Below, one piece after another: positions 19,963 to 31,233 of a stretch of DNA of 64,000 bases; the stretch's first letter is position 1, and the number at the start of each line of letters is the position of its first letter. The notes under the pieces are model-generated. The model did no database searches, was not told the origin of the DNA, and was given only the letters and a program-made list of their open reading frames with translations. This stretch comes from Monocercomonoides exilis PA203 (Eukaryota; Protista; Preaxostyla), in contig LSRY02000008.1 of NCBI GenBank assembly GCA_001643675.2, positions 1,302,001 to 1,366,000 on the forward strand, read 5' to 3'. The position numbers were made by a program, and so were the translations under genes.

Positions 19963-20486
19963 GGGCTATTCTTTTTGAAAAGTCGCAAATGCCCATTATT
20001 TGAATTTGATAAAACTATATAGGAAGTTTTATTCCCATGTTGCAATTTATCTTATTTAATCCATGAATCAAACTTGAACAAAATACCCATTTGTTGAAAT
20101 AATAATTTCATTATAATAATGAGAAAATAATAATGTTCAAATGTGAATAGAAAAATTGTGACAAAATATTTGACTTCAGGCATTTTCATTGAAAAATTAT
20201 GCATCTTAGTGAACTTTTTGTGATTAAAAAAAATGAAAATAACGGGTTCATTTTTTGAAATGCATGTGAGGTTGCAAAACATAATGTTGCTGTATCAATA
20301 ATGTTTGTCTACAGATGTGAAACTCAAATTTGTTTTGAAATCTGGTTAAGTTTAAAAATGTTATAAGTTAAACAATTATTCCATGCTTTGTGCATAAAAA
20401 GCTTGAATGACCATATTTTCCCCCAATTGTTCTGTTTTATCAAACACAAATAATGGGCATTTGCGACTTTTCAAAAAGAATAGCCC
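19963..20486. mobile_element. 524-bp MITE-like element with GGG...CCC ends at the axis of palindrome 1
   Basis: Ends GGGCTATTCTTTTTGAAAAGTCGCAAATG match the ends of the stand-alone hairpin at 62082-62320. The interior resembles 62985-63262. Confidence 0.55.
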
Positions 20487-21952
20487 TTGCACATCAATAT
20501 CAAAACCAGTATTTTCAAACATATTAAATGTGAGAGAATGATATTTCTCGATCAGTCAGCTTTTTAGAACAATAAGTGTTTCTTCACATGTTGCTTTTCT
20601 TTGTCATAGTAAATATGAGAAATCATCATTTCACCTGCATAAATTAATTGTCATCGTGAACTATTTTTGGTGTTTTCTTCACAAAACAAAAATCATGTTC
20701 TTTTGCAGTATTTTCAATATTCTCATGAAGAAAAATAAAATGAAGATAAAAACTTGAAAGGACGAGTTATATCAAAAAAGAATATCAACATGATGATTGC
20801 TTGTAATTTTTGGTTGTTGTTCACAAATAAAAGCACAATGGACATTCATTTGAAAAAAATAAAATAAAATAAAATAAAATAAAATAAAGAACGTCAGCAA
20901 CATCGAAATTAGGATTTGATCCAAACTCTTCAAAAATTAATACATGTTTATGATTTCAAAAAGAATCTCCCAGATATTTTGCGTAAATCATGAAATGACA
21001 ATAAAAAAGTCAAGAAACAAATCCAGTTTATGAAAATGAAACGATGCATTGTTATGTTGAATCTCAAAACCTCCGATATAAAAAAATAAGTTAGATAACA
21101 AGCAAGTCTTTGATCTTGAGCCAAAATTATTATAAAACTTATTACTATTTTCTTTTCACACTTATAAATTTTTCGAAAAATCACAGGTGAGAATGTGGTG
21201 AATAATTGTCATGAAGAAGTTAATATTTATTTTTTAATTCAAACCACAAATAATTGAAGACCACAGAAAAAGATTTAATCAAATAAAATAAAAAATGTCA
21301 AAGTGATATTTGAGGACTCAATGAAAATATACTCCAATTAGAAGTTGCATGTGTTTGTTCATTGTTTTCCATTTTGTTGTCAAAGACAAAAACTTCATTT
21401 TCACATTGGAAACCATTTTGCCAACGCTGATGCGTTTTTCATTCTCCATTCGAATTTGAATGAGCTTTGTCTTTTCACAGCTGGGAGCTTTGCCATCTCA
21501 TGCTCCACAGGTTTTCACACACAAAGAGCCATCACCATTTTCTGTGTTCAACAAATGGACACTGAAAAGGAATCACTGGAGCAAGCCAGCTCGATCTCCA
21601 ATGTTTGATTCTGCCTGAATGTCAAAGAGCTCTTCAACACATTTTCTTTCTGTTTTACTTTTTATTTTTGATTTTTTTCCCCCGCTGCACAAAAGCCTTT
21701 CAACACGAAACAAAAAAGTGGAAATGGAGCATAATCAAGAAAAGAAAGAATCCCAAAAACAAAAATAGAATCACAATCACAATCACAATCACTAAAACAG
21801 AAAACAAAAACTATTTTCCTGTTAAATATGCAGGAGAAAAAAAAAATAAAATAAAATTCATATAAAATTGATTATTACAAAATAAATAAGTCACTTCTTT
21901 TTGTTTAACGAGCAAAAAGAAATTTTAATAAAATAAATAAATATTTCTCCAT

Positions 21953-23383
21953 TTATAATTTGCCCAACTCGCTTCTTGACACAAGTGAAAGTGTTCCACT
22001 TCTATAAGACACCACAACCACACTCGGTGAAGTTCCTTCTGTTGAGTTGCAATCAATCTTCAGCTTTCTCATCCCCAGATGACCTGTTGACACACTGAAC
22101 AGTGTTCCAGCTGCTGAAAGTGCTCCTGTTCCAATCGAACTCTCCGTCCTCCCTTTCCCAATAACTGAAATCTTCTTTGTCTCAATCTCAATTGTTGTTG
22201 TCTCGCTTTGATGATTCCCTTCCATCAATGTGACAGACAGACTCATCTGTATTTCGCACATCTCAAACGCCTTCTTCACCGTTTTGCACGGATTTGACTC
22301 ATTAGTCCCACACTGATCAATCAAATCATTTCCATTCACCGAAACATAGATCGTCTTGTCCTTCAGCCAATCCTTTTTCATTGTTTGATCATACACCCAA
22401 CTCCCTGAACTCGAATAATTATACACATAACACAGTCTCTGGTCATCTGTGTTTGTTGTGTAGCATTCATTAAACGGATTTCCATTGTTCAAAAAAACAT
22501 TGTAATAATCGACATAATACGCATCGTGACCATATGGAACATTGGACAGACATTTGCATCCGTGGAAGAACAGGAAATAACAATAAATCGTTTCATTTGG
22601 CGCTGTTTGTTTGTTTGGCTCCAACCTCAAACCTCCTCCATGTGATACTGCTGAGCACGAAATAAACTGAACGCTCCTCATTTTGAATTGGACTGGTACA
22701 TTATATAAACTAATACCCCCACCATATGAATTTGTAACCGAACATGAAGTGAAACTGCAGTCAAACATACAAGCACTCTCCCCTTCTCCATTTTCTGTTG
22801 GAATGCATCCTATTCCTGAAACCTGAAAAGATTCAAAAAGAAGTCCTCCTCCGTAATTAACTGCTTTACAATTCTGGAATTCACAACTGCTGATCCGAGC
22901 ACATGTTGAAATGGTATTCACATACAATCCTCCTCCGGCATTGTTTTGAACAGAGCATGAATTAAAAAAATTATTTTCGATTTGAATAGATTTAATTGTA
23001 TGGCACATGATTCCGCCTCCACGACTGAATGCAAAACAGTTATTAAACAGACAATGTGAAACAGATAGTTCTCCATTTCCCTTGTTGTACATGAAAATAG
23101 CCCCTCCACTCGATATCCCGTCTGTATTAGAGTCAATTTCTCCAGTTGTCTTCGATCCACTCCATTCGCACCAAATAAATGAATTTGCTCCATTATCTGT
23201 TGTATTTTGTCTCCCTGGAGTCAACTTTCCATCTGCAGTTCCAGTGCATTCAACATTCCTTGTTCTGCAACACCCAATAAATGAAGTGTTCGAAACAGTC
23301 AGAGATGCAAAGGGATTATTGAGGGAATGAACAATTCCTCCATCATATGCATCGCAGACTGATGAGAATGAGCAACCATTCAT
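21953..23383 (-). CDS. Beta-helix family member C2 (mirror of C1; FFHGCKC versus FFHECKC)
   Basis: 476-aa ORF with one amino-acid difference from C1. Confidence 0.75.
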   Translation of the reverse strand: MNGCSFSSVCDAYDGGIVHSLNNPFASLTVSNTSFIGCCRTRNVECTGTADGKLTPGRQNTTDNGANSFIWCEWSGSKTTGEIDSNTDGISSGGAIFMYNKGNGELSVSHCLFNNCFAFSRGGGIMCHTIKSIQIENNFFNSCSVQNNAGGGLYVNTISTCARISSCEFQNCKAVNYGGGLLFESFQVSGIGCIPTENGEGESACMFDCSFTSCSVTNSYGGGISLYNVPVQFKMRSVQFISCSAVSHGGGLRLEPNKQTAPNETIYCYFLFFHGCKCLSNVPYGHDAYYVDYYNVFLNNGNPFNECYTTNTDDQRLCYVYNYSSSGSWVYDQTMKKDWLKDKTIYVSVNGNDLIDQCGTNESNPCKTVKKAFEMCEIQMSLSVTLMEGNHQSETTTIEIETKKISVIGKGRTESSIGTGALSAAGTLFSVSTGHLGMRKLKIDCNSTEGTSPSVVVVSYRSGTLSLVSRSELGKL

Positions 23384-26300
23384 AAAACTTGATATTTGAG
23401 GAAATGTAGTTGTTGGAGATAGGCAATCTGAAGATGCTGTTGAGATGTTGAAAAATGATAATTTGGAGAGGGATACAAGGGGAATAGAAGGTGATGAGAA
23501 AAAGTCGGTAAATAGAGGAGAAATGCGATTCTCTCACAGAAGTTCTTCCTATACATTCTCCTTCCCCACTCCTCTTGGCAAAGCGTCGCAAAATATCATT
23601 ATGTGGCTATATCCCTTTTTCTGCCTCTATTGCTGCTGCTTCCGAAAAGATTTTTGTTAAAAAAATTCCACAAAAATTTCTTTTCCCATTCTCTTCAGTT
23701 TTTTCTGCCTGGATCATTCTGCCAAACACTCTTCTGGATTCTGTTTTCTCCCAATTTCTTCCAGGAATGCCCAGAAAAAAACAGTGCTTCCACATCCCGT
23801 ATTTCATGCTCCCCCAGCGCTTTTGACAACACCTGATCGCATCACACATCAATCAAATCAAAAATTAAAAAATACAAACACAAATAAAAATAAAAAATGG
23901 AACATGAAGAAAATGAACAAACAAGAATAAAATACCTCCACAAATCTTCATTTCCCTTCACTCCCCTCATCCCCTGTTTGCCTCCCTCTAATTAACTCTC
24001 ACCCCAACATCATCCACTCCAAGCACCACACACACCACGCCTTCGCTTTTCATATCCAATTCCAAAAATAAAGAAAAAATAATATGTTGTTCTCGCCCGC
24101 TCTTCCATTGCCCATTCAACATCACTCTCACCATTCTTCTCTTCCCATCTTCCTCCATCCAATCTTCAATCCAAAAAAAAAATATGAAATATCTCTTCTT
24201 CCTCTTCTCATTCTTCAAGCAAGGCTTAAAAAAAACAGTCTTCACCCCGTCGCCATCCCTCAGGCAACATATGATGGCTTTCCATGCATCTTTCGGCAAT
24301 TCACTCAATATCCTCAATAAAGAAAAACAAAATAAAAAATATAAAATATATAAATTCTCATGAAACAAATCACCAAACCTGTCTCCTCTTTCACCATGAA
24401 AGGCTCACAAAGCAATCGCACATTCCCTTTCCTGTGCTGCCTCGACTGCCCAGATGAGCATGACTGCATCCCCAAACATCCCCACCCATCAGCTGCCAAA
24501 AATACAACATCCAACTCGCTTTTGTCACCCCCTTTAAAATAAAAAATATGTGTGTGAAAATCCCAGCTGCAATGTGTTCTTCCATCAGTCAGGCACTCTG
24601 CTCCACACTCTTTATCCCCCTCCCCTTTCCTGCTCCTTCTCACAATCATTGTTTCCCACTTTCGCCTTTCTTTTCCAAAAAAAGAATTGCTGAAAAATCA
24701 TCCCATCAATCATAGCTGCTGCAAGCACCATTTTCTATTGTGCGCATCCGCTTCTCTGATCAGCCACAAGCTGAACCCTGCTCCCCGCAAACAATCTCGC
24801 TTAGAAATCAAACACTGCCAAATACACGAATTTCAGAAAATGAACAAATATATCCCCAAAACAAGTTTAATTTTTGTTTTCACACACCCCTCTCAACCTC
24901 GTCCCTTTTCACTCAGCCATTGCCGAGAAAAAGAAAATATCAAAATGATTTGTTGGTTTGAGTCTTTTTTGTAATGGATTCAATGATCATCAGATTTGAA
25001 AAAACGGAATATTCCATTCACAGAATGAGAAATCCGTGAATGAGCATTACCTGCAGAACTAAGAATATTATTTCCTGTGTGACAACAGACAATGGTGGAG
25101 ATGCATTATTTTTGGAATTCTGACCTTTGATTTTTGTCAATTGGATGGCCAAGGGGATTGCAACAATTTCATCAAAAACACAAAAAGACATAATGTATGT
25201 AATTTATATTGTTCTATTGATTGTGAAGATATTTCCATCTGTATCCTCTCCAAAGTGCAGGAATCCGAATTATTGTTGAAATGGCCAATCTCCGCTTTGG
25301 AGAGCAATACGATGAGAATGGAGCAGATTATTATACAGCCATTGGGAAATAAAGGACGTTACGGAAGATACATGATTTTCATAATTTTTTATTTGGTGCA
25401 AGAGGTGAAAACAAATTCAATTGTTATTTTATTGAATGAAAATAACAAGAAGGAATTCTGTGAAGGACAAAATCTGCACAGAATTATATAGAATTTTAAA
25501 ACCTAAGGCAAAGGAGAAGCTTTTTTGGCAAAGAAAGTGGCAGGCGATATCGAGGGAAGGACAATTTTTGCGAATAAAAACTTAGAAAACAATGCAAAGC
25601 AATGAGAGTGGAGATCAGCAACATCAATGGGAGTTAAACAGCTGTTGCTGCCGTTGGAAAGATGCATGTGTGTTTTGTGGAATATGCGCAGAGAAGCAAG
25701 ACTTTCCAAAAATTCGTGCTTAAATGAAAAAAAGAATGATTTGTGACAAAAGCATCAGTCTCGGCCTGTGTTCCTGCAAGAATGGCAAGACAAGTGAAGC
25801 ACCCTGCAGCTGTTACCGTTCTTTAACCTTCACCGAGCTGCTACAAGGGCGAGTGGAAAGCTTGGCGTTTTGTTGTCATGGGCAGCATTAAGTAATTTGA
25901 GTTGGGAATTATCATCTTCCCGTCTCCATCAACGGTATTTCGACTTCTGCTGGCATAGTTCAGTATTTTTTGAGGCTCTGTTTGGCTGCTAATTTGGGGT
26001 TGGGCTGTTTTGCTACAGTTGTTGCGGGAGATGGCAACAAAGCGACTTTGTCATATCTGCCGCCAACTGCAACAGGTGGATCAGCCTTTTTCTTCTTCTT
26101 CTTCTTCTTCTTCTTCGTTTTTGTCATTTTTGGAGCAGACGAGCATTGGCAGCAACGAGGGATGAATTGAGGCAAGCACATGCAATATGTGTGGGGAGAG
26201 CCAAGGGATAAAAGGACGGGCATGTCCCTGACGTTCCTGATATTGCCATGACAGAAAATGGGATGTGCGCTTGAAGTGCCGGGGATGAGCGAAGCAGCGC

Positions 26301-27108
26301 AACGGCTATGGAGCAGCACACAACACTCAAGGCATGCTGTTTATCCGCGTTTTGTGTTGACTGTGCTTGAGGCAGAGGGAATGGCGGGATGTGTGCTCTT
26401 TTTTGTGTGAGTTGCATGGTTGGAGAGGATGAGGAAAGGAGGGATGGAAGTGCCTTGTTTTATTTGAGAGGAAGGCAGAAGAGAGAGAAGGAAGATATGG
26501 ATTGAAAGAATCAAGGAAGAGAAGAAGGGTTATGAGACTGAGATGAGAGAAACGAGGGAACAAGAGAAGGAGAAGAAGAATGAGGAGAAGAGAAGGGAAG
26601 TGAAGAAGCGGAAAATGAAGCGGAAGGTTTCGAGAAGAAAAAGGTATAAGGATAACATCTAAAAAATCATATTTTTGATATTTTATTTCAAATTTATTTT
26701 CAAATATTCTTTCAATATTCTTTTCTTTTTTTCCATATTTTATTTAATATTTCTTCGGTTTATCTTTTTTCCCCTGAATTTTTACAGTTGTTTTTTTAAT
26801 GACAAAAGTGCATTTGCATGAGTCGTCAAGAGCAATGGATGCGAATGGAATGTGGGAAAAAGGCAGAAGAAGACAACAGAAGAAAAAAGAGATTTTAGGG
26901 AAAGCAAATGGCGAAGAAGATTATGTTCTTGTTTCAATTTGGAGGCACTGAAGGAAAAAGACGCTTTTCTTTTGGGGATATACATTTCAGAAGCAGGAGA
27001 AGAGGAAGGAAAGAGGAACTCAAGCTCATTTGAATCTTGATGAACATCTCGTTGAGAGGCATGGAAGGCTTATGGAAAATGAGAGAGGGAAAGGAAATGT
27101 TTCGGTGA

Positions 27109-28611
27109 GTGAATCAAGCTCTATTCCTTTCGTCATCTTCAATACCCCTAATATCCCTATCTCATTTGACGTTTTTCAACATCTCGACAGAATCCACTTC
27201 TTGTTCATCTGCAACAACTACATTATCACAAGCATCAAGTTTTTTGAGCAGTTGCTCATTTTCGTCTGTTTGTGATGCATATGATGGAGGGATTGTTCCC
27301 TCCCTCAACAACCCCTTTGCCTCTCTGACAGCCTCAAACACATCATTCATTGGGTGTTGCAGAACAAGAAATGTTGAATGCACTGGAACTGCAGACAGAA
27401 AATGGACTCCAGGGAGACAAAATGAAACAGAAAATGGAGCGAATACATTCACTTGGTGCGAATGGAGTGGATCGAAGGCTCCTGAGAAGAGCGACGATTA
27501 TTCAAATCAAGCCTCGAATGGAGGAGCAATATTTATGCACACCTTAACATCTGGAACACTTACCGTTTCTCACTGCGCATTCAATGACTGCTCATCATAT
27601 TGGTGTGGAGGAGGGATTATGTGCTATACTATCAAAGCAGCGACTGTTGAAAGCAGCACTTTCAATTGCTGTGTCTCCTCAAATCGATATGGGGGAGGTG
27701 TGTATTTGTATAATGTTTCTTCGTGTGCTCGAGTGAGTGGATGCGAGTTCAAAAACTGTCAAGCGATTGGTTCAGGTGGAGGATTGAAATTAGATAATTT
27801 TCAGGTTTCTGGAATAGGATGTGTTGGAAATGAAAGTGGAGAAGGGGAGAGTGCGTGTGTGTTTGACTGCTGTTTCACTTCATGCTCAGTCACAAATACT
27901 GTTGGTGGAGGCATGTATTGTGTTAATATTCCTGCCACGCAATTCAAAATGAGGAGTGTTCAGTTTATTTCATGTTCAGCAACGTCAACTGGAGGAGGAT
28001 TGTGTTTGCATCCAAATCGAGCAACAGCACCAAATGATAAAATTTATTGTTTCTTCATATTTTTCCATGAATGCAAATGCTCTGCAGCCACTCCATATGG
28101 GCATGATATGATATATTACGATAATAACAATTTATATTTATCTCAAAATAATCCGTTTTATGAATGTTACACAACAAACACAGATGACCAGAGAGTGTGC
28201 TACGGATATTGGACAAGTGACTGGGCATATCAGCTCACGGACAAGAAGGAGTGGCTGAACGAATGGTCGAAGGTTCTGTTTGTGGGGGTGAATGGTAAGG
28301 ACTCGAGTGGGCTGTGTGGGATGGGCGAATCGGCACCTTGCAAGACGGTAGGACACGCAGTGGAGATGGGTTTGGAAGAGCTGAGCTCATCAGTCATGCT
28401 GATGGAAGGGAATCATGTGAGTGAGGCAACAACAATTGATATTGGAGAAAAGAAGATTTCAGTCATTGGGAAGGGAAGGGAAACATGTTCAATTGGAACA
28501 GAAACAAATTTTTATATTTCATCATTCTCTTCTTTTTCTTTTTCATCACTATTATTGCCTGTTTTTAAGATTTTTGTCTGTTGGAGTTATTCAGCTGAAA
28601 GCATAATCTAG
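27109..28611 (+). CDS. Beta-helix family member B2 (500 aa)
   Basis: Same motif set, with cap variant LFVGVNGKDSSGLCGMGESAPCKTVGHA. Homology is lost after CSIGT. Confidence 0.75.
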   Translation: MNQALFLSSSSIPLISLSHLTFFNISTESTSCSSATTTLSQASSFLSSCSFSSVCDAYDGGIVPSLNNPFASLTASNTSFIGCCRTRNVECTGTADRKWTPGRQNETENGANTFTWCEWSGSKAPEKSDDYSNQASNGGAIFMHTLTSGTLTVSHCAFNDCSSYWCGGGIMCYTIKAATVESSTFNCCVSSNRYGGGVYLYNVSSCARVSGCEFKNCQAIGSGGGLKLDNFQVSGIGCVGNESGEGESACVFDCCFTSCSVTNTVGGGMYCVNIPATQFKMRSVQFISCSATSTGGGLCLHPNRATAPNDKIYCFFIFFHECKCSAATPYGHDMIYYDNNNLYLSQNNPFYECYTTNTDDQRVCYGYWTSDWAYQLTDKKEWLNEWSKVLFVGVNGKDSSGLCGMGESAPCKTVGHAVEMGLEELSSSVMLMEGNHVSEATTIDIGEKKISVIGKGRETCSIGTETNFYISSFSSFSFSSLLLPVFKIFVCWSYSAESII

Positions 28612-29169
28612 GATCGGAAATGGGAGATTTTTGGAAGCTGAAGAAAAGGAATTATGTTAGAAATGAGATGAACAGCGGAAATAGGTCATATGGGCTTTGT
28701 GAGCAGAAAGGAAAAGTGCCTTGAGAGATACAAGAAGAAGGAAAAGAAGAAGAAGAAGAGGAGGAGGAGGAAGAAGAGGAAGAGGAAGAGGAAGAGGAAG
28801 AGGAAGAGGAAGAGGAAGAGGAAGAGGAAGAGGAAGAAGAACATATTTATGAAGCGTAGAAATTTTTTAAACATTTTGAATGATAATTTTTTTTTCCAAG
28901 TGTTATAATATTTGCTGTTATATTCAATGCAAATGCAAGCATATGGAGTGCGGAAAGATGAGAGAAGGCGGCATGATAAGGGTTTAGAGGAATGAGCGAA
29001 GAAATAAATGAATAGAAAAGAAGATATTCTTCGAAGGTTTAGGAGGGCATATACCGCGAATCTTGTTAAAAGCAAAAAGAAAGAGTGAGAAATTGATTAC
29101 GCGACAAAAGAATGCGTCTGAGAATAATTTGAGAAGAGAAAAAGAAGAATGAAAAAGAAGAAGGTGCTT

Positions 29170-31233
29170 TTAAAAAAATTTGATCGAAAGAGAAAATTTG
29201 ACGAAAGAGAATGAATGAAAGAAGGAGGATAAGAGGAAAAGAAAGGTTAATTTGGAAATATTGTTTTGAGGAAATGTTGAAAAAATGTTAGAAGAAAGAA
29301 AAAGAAGAAAGGGAAATAGAAATTGATGAGGATACGAAGAAGATGGAGAAGTTGATATTGCAACATCATCCAACGAGAGTGACCCATTCCCATCAGTTAC
29401 CACAGCCACACTCGGAGAAGTTCCTTCTGTTGAGTTACAATCAATCTTCAAGTGACTCATTCCCAAATGACCTGTTGACACGCTGAACAGCGATCCAGTT
29501 GATGAAAGTGCCCCTGTTCCAATCAAACTCTTATCTTTGCCTTTCCCAATAACTGAAATCTTCTTTGTCTCAATATTAATAGTTGTTGTCTCGCTCGTGT
29601 GATCCCCGCCCATCAGTGTGACTGACAGGCTCACCTGGATCACGCTCTTTTCAACTGCAACACCAATGGTTCTACATGCATATGATTCATTCGCCCCACA
29701 AAACTCTTCTGCGTTTCCTCCACTCACAGCCACAAATCGATTGAGAATCCCTCTCTTCAACCAATCCTTTTTCGATGTTTGGTTATATGACCAACCCTTG
29801 GAATCTGTATAATTATATCCGTAGCACACTCTCTGGTCATCTGTGTTTGTGGTGTAACATTCATAGAACGGATTATTTTGAGATAAATATACACTGTAGT
29901 AATCATAATACATCACATCATGCCCATATGGAGTGGCTGCAGAGCATTTGCATTCATGGAAGAACAAAAAATAACAATAAATTAAATCTTTTTGTGATGT
30001 TTGTCTTAATGGATACAGCTCCAATCCTCCTCCATATCCATTTGCTGTGCATGAAATAAACTGAATGCTCCTCATTTTGAATTGCGTGATGGGAATATTT
30101 GCACAATACATACCTCCACCATGATTATTTGTGATTGAGCATGAAGTGAAACTGCAGTCAAACACACACGCACTCTCCCCTTCTCCATTTTCTGTTCCAA
30201 TGCATCCTATTCCTGAAACATTAAAATTTTCGAGAAAAAGTCCTCCTCCCCATTTATTTGCTTTACAATTCTGGAATTCACATCCACTGATCCGAACACA
30301 CGATGAAATCACATAAATACACATCCCTCCTCCAACCCAAGTTTGCGCGGTGCATGAGTTGAACGAATTGTTTTCAATTTCAACCGATTTGATTTTTGCA
30401 CACATAACTCCCCCTCCATCGTAATGGGCATAGCAGTCGTTGAATGAGCAGTGCTTAATAGAAACTGATGCGTTTGATTGACTGTGCATGCAGATGGCCC
30501 CTCCATTTGAAGCAACGTCTTCCCATGTATTTTCTGTTCCGGTCGTCCTCGATCCGTTCCACTCACACCAAATAAATGAATTTGCTCCATTGAATGTTTC
30601 GTTCTGTCTATCTGGCTTTATAATATTATCTGCAGTTCCTCCACATTCAACATTCCTTGTCCGACAACATCCAATAAACGAGGTGTTTGAGGCTGTCAAT
30701 GAAGCCAAGGGGTTGTTGAGGGAATGAACAATTCCGCCATCATATGCGTCGCTAACTGATGAGAATGAGCAACCATTCATAAAACAAGAGGTTTGGGTTG
30801 ATGTTGTTGTTGAAGGTGAACATGCATCATTTGCTGTTGATATATTGAAAAAAGTGAGTCTGGAGAGGGATATTAGGGGTATTGAAGGAGATGAGAGGAA
30901 TGGGGCAGATGAGACACAAAAAGAAGAGAAGTGTGATTCACTCACTGAAATACTCCCTTCAATGCCTTCTCCATCTCCATCTCCTTCTCCTTCTCTTCCT
31001 CTTCCTCTGCCTCTTTCTCCTTCTCCATCACCTTTTTCTTCACCTCCACTCTTCTCCCCTCCATGTCCCTTCCCTCCAAACAGCCTTCCAGAGTAAATCT
31101 CTCCCGCTCTTCTCCACCCTTTCAATGTGATGTTTGTCAACACCCCAATGCTCCCACTCAGATCAAATGCACCTGCACCATCATCCTTCCCCATCCCCAC
31201 AACACACCCTCTCGCCACAACCACATATCTCAC
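29170..31233 (-). CDS. Beta-helix family member A2 (mirror of A1 with swapped segments)
   Basis: 687-aa ORF. It differs from A1 in two clustered tracts plus a few nearby SNPs. Confidence 0.75.
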   Translation of the reverse strand: MRYVVVARGCVVGMGKDDGAGAFDLSGSIGVLTNITLKGWRRAGEIYSGRLFGGKGHGGEKSGGEEKGDGEGERGRGRGREGEGDGDGEGIEGSISVSESHFSSFCVSSAPFLSSPSIPLISLSRLTFFNISTANDACSPSTTTSTQTSCFMNGCSFSSVSDAYDGGIVHSLNNPLASLTASNTSFIGCCRTRNVECGGTADNIIKPDRQNETFNGANSFIWCEWNGSRTTGTENTWEDVASNGGAICMHSQSNASVSIKHCSFNDCYAHYDGGGVMCAKIKSVEIENNSFNSCTAQTWVGGGMCIYVISSCVRISGCEFQNCKANKWGGGLFLENFNVSGIGCIGTENGEGESACVFDCSFTSCSITNNHGGGMYCANIPITQFKMRSIQFISCTANGYGGGLELYPLRQTSQKDLIYCYFLFFHECKCSAATPYGHDVMYYDYYSVYLSQNNPFYECYTTNTDDQRVCYGYNYTDSKGWSYNQTSKKDWLKRGILNRFVAVSGGNAEEFCGANESYACRTIGVAVEKSVIQVSLSVTLMGGDHTSETTTINIETKKISVIGKGKDKSLIGTGALSSTGSLFSVSTGHLGMSHLKIDCNSTEGTSPSVAVVTDGNGSLSLDDVAISTSPSSSYPHQFLFPFLLFLSSNIFSTFPQNNISKLTFLFLLSSFFHSFSFVKFSLSIKFF

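Larger units (their letters stand above)
1..20015 (+). repeat. Left arm of giant palindrome 1 (may extend beyond the window start)
   Basis: Base 1 onward is the reverse complement of sequence ending at 40451. ORFs mirror with coordinate sums of 40448-40454 (1804/38648, 9220/31233, 17065/23383). Pairing stops at about 20015/20434. Confidence 0.97.

Noticed and set aside
25141-25491. Ubiquitin-conjugating-enzyme-like remnant (DISICILS...KWPIS)
   Set aside because: No HPN motif and only vague similarity; not supportable by eye.
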